DNA of 34,353 nucleotides from Cyclobacteriaceae bacterium (lineage in GTDB: Bacteria > Bacteroidota > Bacteroidia > Cytophagales > Cyclobacteriaceae), in the NCBI GenBank assembly GCA_049423005.1, contig JBMSPY010000001.1, forward strand, positions 1 through 34,353, in the 5' to 3' direction. Shown piece by piece: positions 1 through 8,646 of this stretch (positions within the stretch are counted from its first letter, which is position 1; each line of letters opens with the position of its first letter). A program made the position numbers and the translations under genes. The notes below the pieces were generated by a model. That model had not been told where the DNA came from, did not search any database, and was given only the letters and a program-made list of their open reading frames with translations.

Positions 1-176
1 CTTTCTACTTCTCCTATTTCTGTTACGAACCCATCGTTACTTTCATTTAGCAAATCTTCAACCCAGACTTCATAATTGTTAATCATTCCGTCAATCTCTG
101 AGTTTTCAATTCGTGTTTGGTATTCATCCCACTGTCCTGTTGCTTTAAGTTTAAACCCCGAAATCAAGCAAGTCAT
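1..176 (-). CDS. Hypothetical acidic protein, N-terminal part, runs off the left edge (not in ORF track)
   Basis: Manual translation from ATG at 176 gives MTCLISGFKLKATGQWDEYQTRIENSEIDGMINNYEVWVEDLLNESNDGFVTEIGEVE with no stop to the edge. An in-frame TAG lies five codons upstream of the ATG. Divergent from carB. Confidence 0.55.
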   Translation of the reverse strand, partial: MTCLISGFKLKATGQWDEYQTRIENSEIDGMINNYEVWVEDLLNESNDGFVTEIGEVE

Positions 177-188
177 AGAATTCAATTT

Positions 189-208
189 CTAAAAAACTGG
201 TTTTTTAG
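189..208. promoter_or_regulatory. Perfect 9-bp inverted repeat CTAAAAAAC-TG-GTTTTTTAG, operator-like
   Basis: Read directly. The 2-nt spacer suits a dimeric protein site better than an RNA hairpin. It lies in the divergent intergenic region before carB. Confidence 0.35.
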
Positions 209-257
209 GCAGGTTAATTTTTTTGCCAGATCTCCATTAACCTTCGAAACGGCACCG

Positions 258-265
258 TATTTTTG
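258..265 (+). promoter_or_regulatory. Bacteroidota sigma-A -7 element (TATTTTTG) for carB
   Basis: Exact TAnnTTTG match 26 nt upstream of the ATG at 292. Confidence 0.65.
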
Positions 266-291
266 CGGGATTTATCTATACCCTAAACACC

Positions 292-3105
292 ATGCCAAGA
301 GATAAAAGCATCCGTTCAGTCCTTATTATCGGAAGCGGTCCCATTATTATAGGCCAGGCCTGTGAATTTGATTACTCCGGCTCGCAGGCTGCAAGATCGC
401 TCAGAGAGGAAGGAATTGAGGTGGTCCTGATCAATTCCAATCCGGCCACCATCATGACGGATAAGGTTACAGCCGACCATGTTTATCTCCGTCCCTTGGA
501 AAAGAAATACATCCGGGAAATCCTGGAAAAACATCATATCGATGCCGTGCTCCCCACCATGGGCGGTCAAACAGCTTTGAACCTTTGTATCGATTGCGAT
601 AAAGCCGGCATCTGGGAACATTATGGCGTTCGAATTATTGGAGTAGATATTAAAGCCATTGAAACCACCGAGGACCGGGAAAAGTTTCGTCTGAAAATGA
701 TGGAGCTGGGTGTTGGTGTTTGTAAAGGAGCCACAGCCACTTCCTTCCTGGAAGGAAAAGAAATCGCTCAGGAAATTGGATTTCCACTCGTCATTCGTCC
801 TTCATTCACATTGGGTGGAACAGGCGGCGGCTTTGTTGAGAAACCTGAACTGTTTGATGCAGCCCTGAACCGTGGACTCCACGCCTCTCCTATTCATGAG
901 GTGTTGGTGGAGCAGAGCATTATGGGCTGGAAAGAATATGAGCTTGAGCTCTTGAGAGACGGCATCGGGAATGTGATCATCATTTGTTCTATTGAAAATT
1001 TTGATCCCATGGGTATTCATACCGGTGATTCCATTACCGTGGCACCGGAGATGACGCTTCCGGATACCGTCTATCAGCACATGCGTGATCTGGCCATCAA
1101 AATGATGAATGGCATCGGAAAGTTTGCCGGCGGATGTAACGTTCAGTTCGCTGTCAATCCGGATACAGACGACATTATCGGTATTGAAATCAATCCACGC
1201 GTATCGCGTTCATCTGCCTTAGCCTCTAAGGCAACCGGATATCCTATTGCCAAAATCGCAGCCAAGTTGGCCATCGGTTACAATTTGGATGAACTGAAGA
1301 ATGCGATCACGGGAACGACTACAGCTTATTTTGAACCTGCGCTGGATTATGTGATTGTAAAAATTCCGCGCTGGAACTTTGATAAGTTTCCCGGAGCAGA
1401 TCGCCGTCTCGGATTGCAAATGAAATCGGTGGGCGAGGCCATGGGCATTGGAAGAAATTTTCAGGAGGCCCTGCAAAAGGCGTGTCAAAGCCTGGAGATT
1501 CGACGAAACGGGCTGGGAGCAGATGGAAAAGAGCTGACCAAACAAGAAGATCTTTTGTATAGTCTGGCTAATCCAAGCTGGAATCGACTTTTCCATATCT
1601 ACGATGCCATGAAGCTTGGTATCTCCATGAAAACCATTCAAAATCTGACCAAGATCGACAAGTGGTTCCTGGAGCAGATTTGGGAATTGGTTGAACTGGA
1701 AAAAGAGATTGGAAAGTATGAACTAAAAACACTCCCTGAGTCTTTACTCCGAACGGCAAAAGAAAAGGGTTATGCCGATCGTCAAATCGCTCATGTTCTT
1801 GGATGTCTGGAGAGTGAAGTTCACAAGCGTCGCCGCGAACTAGGCATCAACCGTGTGTACAAACTAGTGGATACTTGTGCTGCTGAGTTCGCCGCAAAAA
1901 CACCGTATTACTATTCCACGTTCGATAAGGAAAATGAGTCTCCCGTAAGTGATCGGAAAAAAGTAATCGTATTGGGCTCCGGACCGAATCGAATCGGACA
2001 GGGAATTGAATTTGACTACAGTTGTGTGCATGGAGTACTGGCGGCAAAAGAATGCGGTTACGAAACCATCATGATCAATTGTAATCCTGAAACCGTTTCA
2101 ACGGATTTTGACATAGCCGATAAACTTTATTTCGAACCGGTGTTCTGGGAGCATCTGTGGGACATCATTCAGCACGAAAAACCAGAAGGTGTCATTGTTC
2201 AGCTGGGTGGACAGACAGCCCTGAAACTTGCAGAGAAACTCCATAAATACGGAGTTAAAATCATGGGCACTTCATTTGAGGCCCTTGACCTTGCCGAAGA
2301 CAGAGGAAGTTTTTCTACACTGCTGAAAGATCTCAATATTCCTTACCCTGAATTCGGTGTAGCTACCAATGCTGACGAAGCCCTTGAGGTTTCTAAAACC
2401 ATTGGCTTTCCGCTCTTGGTGCGCCCCTCCTATGTTTTGGGCGGACAAAGCATGAAAATCGTAATCAACGAAAAGGAGCTCGAAAATCACATTCTGGACA
2501 TTTGGAAACATCTGCCGGAAAACAAGGTGCTTCTGGATCATTTTCTGGATGGCGCTACTGAGGCAGAAGCCGACGCCATTTGCGACGGTGAGGATGTGTA
2601 CATCATCGGAATCATGCAGCACATCGAACCGGCCGGAATTCACTCGGGAGATTCCTATGCAGTACTACCACCGTACAACCTCGGCGATTTTGTAATCAAA
2701 CAAATTGAAAATTACACTAAGCGGATTGCCGTCGCCCTCAAGACTGTAGGATTGATTAACATTCAATTTGCGATTAAGGACGATAAGGTGTACATCATTG
2801 AAGCCAACCCGCGTGCCAGCCGCACGGTGCCGTTCATCTGTAAAGCCTACGATGAGCCTTATGTGAATTACGCCACCAAGGTGATGTTGGGACAGAATAA
2901 GGTTAAGGATTTCAATTTCAATCCAAAGAAAAAAGGATACGCCATTAAAGTTCCTGTATTCTCCTACAGTAAGTTTCCTGAAGTGAATAAACAACTGGGG
3001 CCTGAAATGAAGAGTACGGGTGAGGCCATTTACTTTATTGATGACCTGATGGACGATTACTTTCTTCAGATTTATTCAGAAAGAAATCTCTACCTGAGTC
3101 GCTAG
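292..3105 (+). CDS. carB: Carbamoyl-phosphate synthase large subunit (short form, no C-terminal MGS-like domain)
   Basis: IGSGPIIIGQACEFDYSG N-terminal motif, duplicated ATP-grasp halves (GSGPNRIGQGIEFDY, HTGDS/HSGDS, EINPR/EANPR) and PEMKSTGE near the end. 937 aa. Confidence 0.98.
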   Translation: MPRDKSIRSVLIIGSGPIIIGQACEFDYSGSQAARSLREEGIEVVLINSNPATIMTDKVTADHVYLRPLEKKYIREILEKHHIDAVLPTMGGQTALNLCIDCDKAGIWEHYGVRIIGVDIKAIETTEDREKFRLKMMELGVGVCKGATATSFLEGKEIAQEIGFPLVIRPSFTLGGTGGGFVEKPELFDAALNRGLHASPIHEVLVEQSIMGWKEYELELLRDGIGNVIIICSIENFDPMGIHTGDSITVAPEMTLPDTVYQHMRDLAIKMMNGIGKFAGGCNVQFAVNPDTDDIIGIEINPRVSRSSALASKATGYPIAKIAAKLAIGYNLDELKNAITGTTTAYFEPALDYVIVKIPRWNFDKFPGADRRLGLQMKSVGEAMGIGRNFQEALQKACQSLEIRRNGLGADGKELTKQEDLLYSLANPSWNRLFHIYDAMKLGISMKTIQNLTKIDKWFLEQIWELVELEKEIGKYELKTLPESLLRTAKEKGYADRQIAHVLGCLESEVHKRRRELGINRVYKLVDTCAAEFAAKTPYYYSTFDKENESPVSDRKKVIVLGSGPNRIGQGIEFDYSCVHGVLAAKECGYETIMINCNPETVSTDFDIADKLYFEPVFWEHLWDIIQHEKPEGVIVQLGGQTALKLAEKLHKYGVKIMGTSFEALDLAEDRGSFSTLLKDLNIPYPEFGVATNADEALEVSKTIGFPLLVRPSYVLGGQSMKIVINEKELENHILDIWKHLPENKVLLDHFLDGATEAEADAICDGEDVYIIGIMQHIEPAGIHSGDSYAVLPPYNLGDFVIKQIENYTKRIAVALKTVGLINIQFAIKDDKVYIIEANPRASRTVPFICKAYDEPYVNYATKVMLGQNKVKDFNFNPKKKGYAIKVPVFSYSKFPEVNKQLGPEMKSTGEAIYFIDDLMDDYFLQIYSERNLYLSR

Positions 3106-3138
3106 ACCTTTGATTGCCGGTATTGCCGTCTATTTGAG

Positions 3139-3146
3139 TAGTTTTG
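3139..3146 (+). promoter_or_regulatory. -7 element (TAGTTTTG) for rimO
   Basis: Exact TAnnTTTG match 4 nt before the GTG start at 3151. Confidence 0.6.
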
Positions 3147-3150
3147 CGAC

Positions 3151-4479
3151 GTGAAGGCAAAACCGTCGAAAAATAAAAAAGTAAATCTCATCACCCTGGG
3201 ATGTTCCAAAAACCAGGTTGATTCTGAAGTGCTACTGACCCAATTACGGGGCAATGGTATTGATGCTGTTCATGAGTCGACAAATGACGACGCACAAGTG
3301 GTTGTCATCAACACCTGCGGTTTTATTGATAATGCGAAGCAAGAGTCTATTGATACCATCTTGCGTTACGTGGATGCCAAGTCAGAGGGTCTTGTAGAAA
3401 AGGTTTACGTAACCGGATGCCTGTCGCAGCGCTATAAAGATGACCTGGAAAAGGAAATACCTGATGTGGATGGTTGGTTCGGAACCAGAGATCTCAGCAG
3501 GTTATTGAAAGTCTTCAAGGCAGATTACCGGAAAGAATTGGTTGGCGAGCGAATCCTGACCAACCCCGGACATTATGCCTATCTGAAAATCAGTGAGGGC
3601 TGTGACCGGCCGTGTTCGTTTTGCGCCATTCCATTGATGCGCGGAAAACATATTTCACGACCCATTGAAGAATTGGTGTTGGAAGCCAAAAATCTGGCAG
3701 CACAAGGAACAAAAGAGTTACTCCTTATTGCTCAGGACTCTACTTACTACGGACTTGATTTGTATAAAAAGAGAAATCTGGCCGATCTTTTAAAAAATCT
3801 TTCTGATGTTGATGGTATTGAGTGGATTCGTCTGCACTACGCCTTTCCATCCGGCTTCCCGATGGATGTACTGGACGTAATGAATGAACGACCCAACATT
3901 TGCAAGTATCTGGATATCCCGCTTCAGCATGGTTCATCCAAAATGCTTCAGCTGATGCGCCGCGGAACAACACGGGAAAAGACAGAAGCATTGTTACAAG
4001 AAATTCGCAGTCGGGTTAACGATATCGCCATCCGAACTACGTTCATCGTCGGACATCCTGGAGAAACTCAAGAAGACTTCGAAGAGATGCTTGATTTTGT
4101 AAAGAAGTCCAAATTTGAGCGCGCCGGTTGTTTCTCATACTCACACGAAGAAAATACCCACGCCTACGCTCTCCAAGACGATGTAAGTCCGGAAACGAAA
4201 CAGGAACGAATAGACGAACTAATGAGTCTTCAGGAATCCATTTCGTTGGAAAACAATCAGAAGAAAATTGGAAAAACCTTCAAGGTATTGATCGATCGTA
4301 AAGAGGGAGATCAGTACATCGGAAGAACGGAGCATGACTCTCCTGAAGTGGATAATGAAGTTCTTGTAGAAAGTGATCAGGAGTATGTTCGGATCGGGGA
4401 TTTCACCACGGTGCATATCGACAGTGCCACCGAATTCGACCTCCACGGCACGGTAGTCCGGGATGCCCCAATCGGGTAA
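3151..4479 (+). CDS. rimO: Ribosomal protein S12 methylthiotransferase RimO
   Basis: N-terminal LGCSKNQVDSE / NTCGFI / TGCLSQRY, radical SAM CxxxCxxC (EGCDRPCSFC), and C-terminal TRAM with GRTEHDSPEVD. GTG start. Confidence 0.96.
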   Translation: MKAKPSKNKKVNLITLGCSKNQVDSEVLLTQLRGNGIDAVHESTNDDAQVVVINTCGFIDNAKQESIDTILRYVDAKSEGLVEKVYVTGCLSQRYKDDLEKEIPDVDGWFGTRDLSRLLKVFKADYRKELVGERILTNPGHYAYLKISEGCDRPCSFCAIPLMRGKHISRPIEELVLEAKNLAAQGTKELLLIAQDSTYYGLDLYKKRNLADLLKNLSDVDGIEWIRLHYAFPSGFPMDVLDVMNERPNICKYLDIPLQHGSSKMLQLMRRGTTREKTEALLQEIRSRVNDIAIRTTFIVGHPGETQEDFEEMLDFVKKSKFERAGCFSYSHEENTHAYALQDDVSPETKQERIDELMSLQESISLENNQKKIGKTFKVLIDRKEGDQYIGRTEHDSPEVDNEVLVESDQEYVRIGDFTTVHIDSATEFDLHGTVVRDAPIG

Positions 4480-4568
4480 TCGTCAATTCCATTCAAATCC
4501 CATTAATTTGCAGTGCGTTCCAACCAGAAAAGGCTGGTTTCAGCCCAGTGAGGAACATTTATAAATCG

Positions 4569-6134
4569 ATGAAAAAGGAGTTACTATCATTTGAACAAAC
4601 GGGGGCGTTCAGTTCCTTTTTCCTCGATTATGCCGGTAATAAGCCCAGCCTAAAGGATTTTTTCTCCCGGTTTCCATCAGTTACCAATTTTGCGGAGCAG
4701 ATTCTTGAAAAGAAGAAATCCTTCACTGCTGAAAGTAGAGCCGTATTAAAGGCCTCTCTCGAAAAACAATACGGAGAAATTAAACCAACAGGAGCTGTTC
4801 GTAAAAATATCGACCTGCTTGAATCGGATACTACTTTTACCATTGTAACCGGCCACCAATTAAATCTTTTCTCCGGCCCACTTTATTTTATTTATAAGAT
4901 CGTCAGTACCATCAATGCCTGTAAACAATTGAAGGTGGCGTACCCGGGTTATGATTTTGTACCCGTGTACTGGATGGCTTCAGAGGATCATGATTTTGAA
5001 GAGATCTCCTATTTTAAACTGCTCGGAAAAAAATATACCTGGAAAACAGAACAGCAAGGTGCCGTTGGACGAATGCATCTGAAGGAATTATTGCCTTTAC
5101 TTAGTGAAGTGCCCGGGGATCTTGAGCCTTTTGCCGCTGCCTACAAAAGCTCAGCTACCTTATCTGAGGCCGTGCGAAAATACGTGCATGCACTTTTTGC
5201 TGATGAAGGTCTGATCGTGATCGATGCCGATGACCGGGAACTAAAGCATCGTTTTTCAGGGGTCATGGAGGCTGATGTATTTAGTGGCATCACGAAAAAA
5301 CTTGTTGATACCACCAATGAGGACCTTCGTAAAGCCGGTTATGAGCCACAGGTACTGGCCCGGGATTGTAACTTTTTTTATTTGGATACCGGTATTCGCG
5401 AACGCATCGAACAAAGCGAAAAGGATTTTAAAGTAATCGATGGTTCGCTAACCTTCAATGAGTCGGAAGTTCGGAAGATGATCCTGGAAGAACCAGAGAA
5501 GTTAAGCCCCAATGTAATCCTGCGTCCACTTTATCAGGAAATGATTCTGCCCAATCTCGCCTATATCGGTGGTCCGGCAGAAATGGTTTACTGGCTTCAA
5601 CTCAAAAAGGTTTTCGATCATTTTCAAACTCCTTTTCCAATACTATTACCGCGAAATTTTGCATTGGTTGTCGATCAGCCCGCAATGCGTTTGGTGAAGA
5701 GAACAGGTGTTTCCACAGCAGAATTGTTTCAAACGAAACAAAACCTGCTGAACAGTATAGCACTCCGAAACAGCACTTATCCGCTTCGACTGGATAATCC
5801 TAAAAAATATTTTGAGTCAACGCTGAATGAAATCAGACAGCAGGCACTGAACGTTGATCCAACTCTGGCCAAGATGGTGGCCGCCGAGTTGCATCGGATT
5901 ACCCAAGGACTTGAGCGTATGGAGCACAAAATGCTCCGCGCCGAGAAAAGAAAAGGCTCTGATGTATTGCGCCAGACCGAGACTGTTAAAGAAAAGCTAT
6001 TCCCGGGTGGAGGTTTGCAGGAGCGCATCGATAATGTGCTCAATTTTTATCAAACCGATCGACAATTTATAAACAGCCTTTTGGAGCATCTTGACCCGTT
6101 CGATCTTCGCTTCCACGTACTGATCTATGAATAA
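4569..6134 (+). CDS. bshC: Bacillithiol biosynthesis cysteine-adding enzyme BshC
   Basis: Motifs VTGHQLNLFSGPLYFIYKI, VPVYWMASEDHDFEEI, SPNVILRPLYQE, YIGGPAEMVYW and LFPGGGLQER. ATG at 4569 preferred to GTG at 4548. Confidence 0.93.
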   Translation: MKKELLSFEQTGAFSSFFLDYAGNKPSLKDFFSRFPSVTNFAEQILEKKKSFTAESRAVLKASLEKQYGEIKPTGAVRKNIDLLESDTTFTIVTGHQLNLFSGPLYFIYKIVSTINACKQLKVAYPGYDFVPVYWMASEDHDFEEISYFKLLGKKYTWKTEQQGAVGRMHLKELLPLLSEVPGDLEPFAAAYKSSATLSEAVRKYVHALFADEGLIVIDADDRELKHRFSGVMEADVFSGITKKLVDTTNEDLRKAGYEPQVLARDCNFFYLDTGIRERIEQSEKDFKVIDGSLTFNESEVRKMILEEPEKLSPNVILRPLYQEMILPNLAYIGGPAEMVYWLQLKKVFDHFQTPFPILLPRNFALVVDQPAMRLVKRTGVSTAELFQTKQNLLNSIALRNSTYPLRLDNPKKYFESTLNEIRQQALNVDPTLAKMVAAELHRITQGLERMEHKMLRAEKRKGSDVLRQTETVKEKLFPGGGLQERIDNVLNFYQTDRQFINSLLEHLDPFDLRFHVLIYE

Positions 6135-6693
6135 AGCGGAATTGAGGAAACACGCCCGCCTGCAACGACAGGCCATGGATGAGGCTTCCTACTTCGAAAA
6201 AAGCCGCTCGATTTGTGACTACTTCTTTACCGGATTCGATCTCAACTTCATCCATACCTTGCACGTATTTCTGCCCATGACCGAACGTAGGGAGCCGGAT
6301 CTTTGGCCGCTTATCGATCGGTTACGAAGAGAATTTCCCGCTGTTCGGATATCCATTCCAAAAATGGCTGGGGAGCATCTAGAGTCTTACTACTTCGAAG
6401 GGCTCCATCAACTCGAAAAAAATTCATTTAGTGTTGTGGAGCCAAAACAAGGAATACCTACACCGGTCGAAAAGATTGACATGGTTCTGGTACCCGTACT
6501 GCTGGCAGACCGACAGGGCCATCGTTTGGGTTACGGAAAAGGCTATTACGATCGTTTCCTTAAAGATTGTCGTCAGGATTGTCTTAAAGTGGGGATCAGC
6601 ATTCTGCCTCTCTCCGATCCGTTACCCTTCGAAGCACACGACGTTCGGTTAACCCATCTGATTACACCGGATGGAATAATCCGATTTGAATAA
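6127..6693 (+). CDS. 5-formyltetrahydrofolate cyclo-ligase
   Basis: N-terminal KAELRK, DMVLVP, GHRLGYGKGYYDRFL and HDVRL. Overlaps the bshC end by 8 nt. Confidence 0.95.
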   Translation: MNKAELRKHARLQRQAMDEASYFEKSRSICDYFFTGFDLNFIHTLHVFLPMTERREPDLWPLIDRLRREFPAVRISIPKMAGEHLESYYFEGLHQLEKNSFSVVEPKQGIPTPVEKIDMVLVPVLLADRQGHRLGYGKGYYDRFLKDCRQDCLKVGISILPLSDPLPFEAHDVRLTHLITPDGIIRFE

Positions 6694-6698
6694 CTTTG
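6691..6698 (+). promoter_or_regulatory. -7 element (TAACTTTG) overlapping the TAA stop of the cyclo-ligase gene
   Basis: Exact TAnnTTTG match 8 nt upstream of the ATG at 6707. Confidence 0.55.
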
Positions 6699-6706
6699 TC
6701 TTCCCC

Positions 6707-7903
6707 ATGAATAAACATTTCCTAAGCACATTGTTGGGTGTGGCGCTTCTCTTTTTGGCAACACCTCGCCTTCAGGCTGCGCCTTATACCCTAACTCCGG
6801 AAGCAAAAATTTCCCTGATAACCTGCGGACCATGGCAGGGTGAGCTGTATTCCGCCTTTGGTCATAGCGCCATTCGCGTGTTTGATGCACAGCAAGGTAT
6901 TGACTGGTCTTTCAATTACGGAACGTTTGATTTCAATCAACCTAACTTTTATCTCAACTTTGCCCGAGGGCGGAATTTTTACATGTTGTCTGTTCAGGAA
7001 TATCCTGCCTTCAGAGATTACTACATTCGGGATAACCGCTACATCCATGAGCAAGAATTAAACCTGGACAGTGTTGACAGACAAGCATTATTCAATTTCC
7101 TCTGGAACAATGCACTGCCCGAAAACCGCAGTTACCGCTACGACTATTTTTATGACAACTGCTCAACCAAGCCCAGAGATGTTATTAAGCAGGTATTTGG
7201 AGACCGCATAAGCTTTGAAAAGTTTGTCGTTTCGGAATCAAGAACAATCCGGCAGCTGACCGATTTGTATCTGGTGCATCAGCCGTGGGGTGATTTGGGT
7301 ATCGACATCTGTCTTGGCCTACCTATGGATAAAGATGCGGACGCAAACGTACACATGTTCCTGCCCGATTATTTAGAGAAGGGATTTGACTACGCGACCA
7401 TTAAAAATGGAACGTTATCCATGCCATTGGTTCGGGAAAAGAAGATTGTCTATCAATCAAGTTCAGAAACTCACCCCTTTAGCTTTACTCATCCCTTGGT
7501 AATTTTTGGTTTACTGATGATAGCCCTCATAGTTGTCTCCTTCATCGATATTCGAAATCATGAGATTACTGGCTGGGTAGATAAGATCTTGTTCACAACA
7601 ACGGGATTGCTTGGTTTATTATTGGTAGTCCTGTGGTTTGGAACTGACCACAAAGCGGCTGCCTGGAATTTCAATTTGCTTTGGGCCATGCCGTTGAATT
7701 TATTTTTACCCTTGATCCGATCGGTTCTGCACCGGCAACGCTATTTCCAGGCTATGACCATACTTACTGTTCTCTTATTGGCAGCCTGGCCTTACCTGCC
7801 TCAGGAACTTAATTTAATGCTAATCCCGGTAGTCATTGGGCTTCTGTTCCGATATTATGTTAATTTCAGGCTCTTGTCACGGGTAAAAATTATCAACTCA
7901 TGA
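6707..7903 (+). CDS. DUF4105 protein, probable Lnb-type lipoprotein N-acyltransferase
   Basis: Signal peptide MNKHFLSTLLGVALLFLATPRLQA. Periplasmic domain with FGHSAIRV, FNYGTFDF and YDYFYDNCST (His/Cys pair). About 5 C-terminal TM helices. The track start at 6686 (TTG) lies upstream of the promoter box, so 6707 is preferred. Confidence 0.8.
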   Translation: MNKHFLSTLLGVALLFLATPRLQAAPYTLTPEAKISLITCGPWQGELYSAFGHSAIRVFDAQQGIDWSFNYGTFDFNQPNFYLNFARGRNFYMLSVQEYPAFRDYYIRDNRYIHEQELNLDSVDRQALFNFLWNNALPENRSYRYDYFYDNCSTKPRDVIKQVFGDRISFEKFVVSESRTIRQLTDLYLVHQPWGDLGIDICLGLPMDKDADANVHMFLPDYLEKGFDYATIKNGTLSMPLVREKKIVYQSSSETHPFSFTHPLVIFGLLMIALIVVSFIDIRNHEITGWVDKILFTTTGLLGLLLVVLWFGTDHKAAAWNFNLLWAMPLNLFLPLIRSVLHRQRYFQAMTILTVLLLAAWPYLPQELNLMLIPVVIGLLFRYYVNFRLLSRVKIINS

Positions 7904-8631
7904 AAATAAGACTCAACAGTGCTTTGGTGGCTATATCGATCGTAGTCACTGCTGTAATTCTTTCAAATGCTTTTTTAAACCGGAACAAACCTTATAATAC
8001 CATCTCGGTAACTGGTCTGGGCACTAAAAGTTTTACATCCGATCTTATCGTATGGAGTGGAGAATTTGTGCGGAAAAGTATGAACCTCAAAGAGGCTTAT
8101 TCTTCCTTAGATAAGGATCGGGAAAGCATCAAATCCTACTTGCTTTCAAAAGGTTTGAAAAAAGAAAACATCGTATTCTCAGCAGTTACCATCAATAAAG
8201 AGTTCGATGAAACATATGACGATGTCGGAAATCGAATTCGTTCGGTTTTCACCGGATACAGACTGAGTCAGCGTGTTCAGATCGAGTCGCAGGAAGTTGA
8301 CAAAGTGGAGAATATTTCCAGAATGGTCAGCGAGTTGATTAACACAGGCATTGAGTTTTATTCCAATAATCCGCAGTATTACTATACAAAATTGGCAGAG
8401 CTTAAAATTGAAATGATTGCGGCGGCCACTAAAGATGCGTACGAGCGGGCTAAAAAGATTGCTGAGAATTCAGGCAGCACCGTTGGCTCGTTGCAAACAG
8501 CTGATATGGGTGTTTTCCAGATTGTTGCCGAGAATTCCTCTGAGGACTATTCGTGGGGTGGTTCTTTCAATACAACCTCAAAACGGAAGACAGCCAATAT
8601 TACCGTTAGCCTGGTTTACCGCGCTGAGTAA
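7900..8631 (+). CDS. SIMPL (DUF541) domain protein
   Basis: N-terminal TM, ISVTGLG, KIEMIAAATKDAYERAKKIAENSG and MGVFQI. ATGA overlap with the upstream gene. Confidence 0.88.
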   Translation: MKIRLNSALVAISIVVTAVILSNAFLNRNKPYNTISVTGLGTKSFTSDLIVWSGEFVRKSMNLKEAYSSLDKDRESIKSYLLSKGLKKENIVFSAVTINKEFDETYDDVGNRIRSVFTGYRLSQRVQIESQEVDKVENISRMVSELINTGIEFYSNNPQYYYTKLAELKIEMIAAATKDAYERAKKIAENSGSTVGSLQTADMGVFQIVAENSSEDYSWGGSFNTTSKRKTANITVSLVYRAE

Positions 8632-8646
8632 ATCGCTACCAACGAA

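Noticed and set aside
117-305. 62-aa plus-strand ORF before carB
   Set aside because: TTG start. It spans the carB promoter and overlaps the better minus-strand ORF, and has no protein-like features.
4503-4510. TTAATTTG upstream of bshC as a promoter
   Set aside because: Spacing does not fit TAnnTTTG exactly. bshC can be co-transcribed with rimO, so this was not called.
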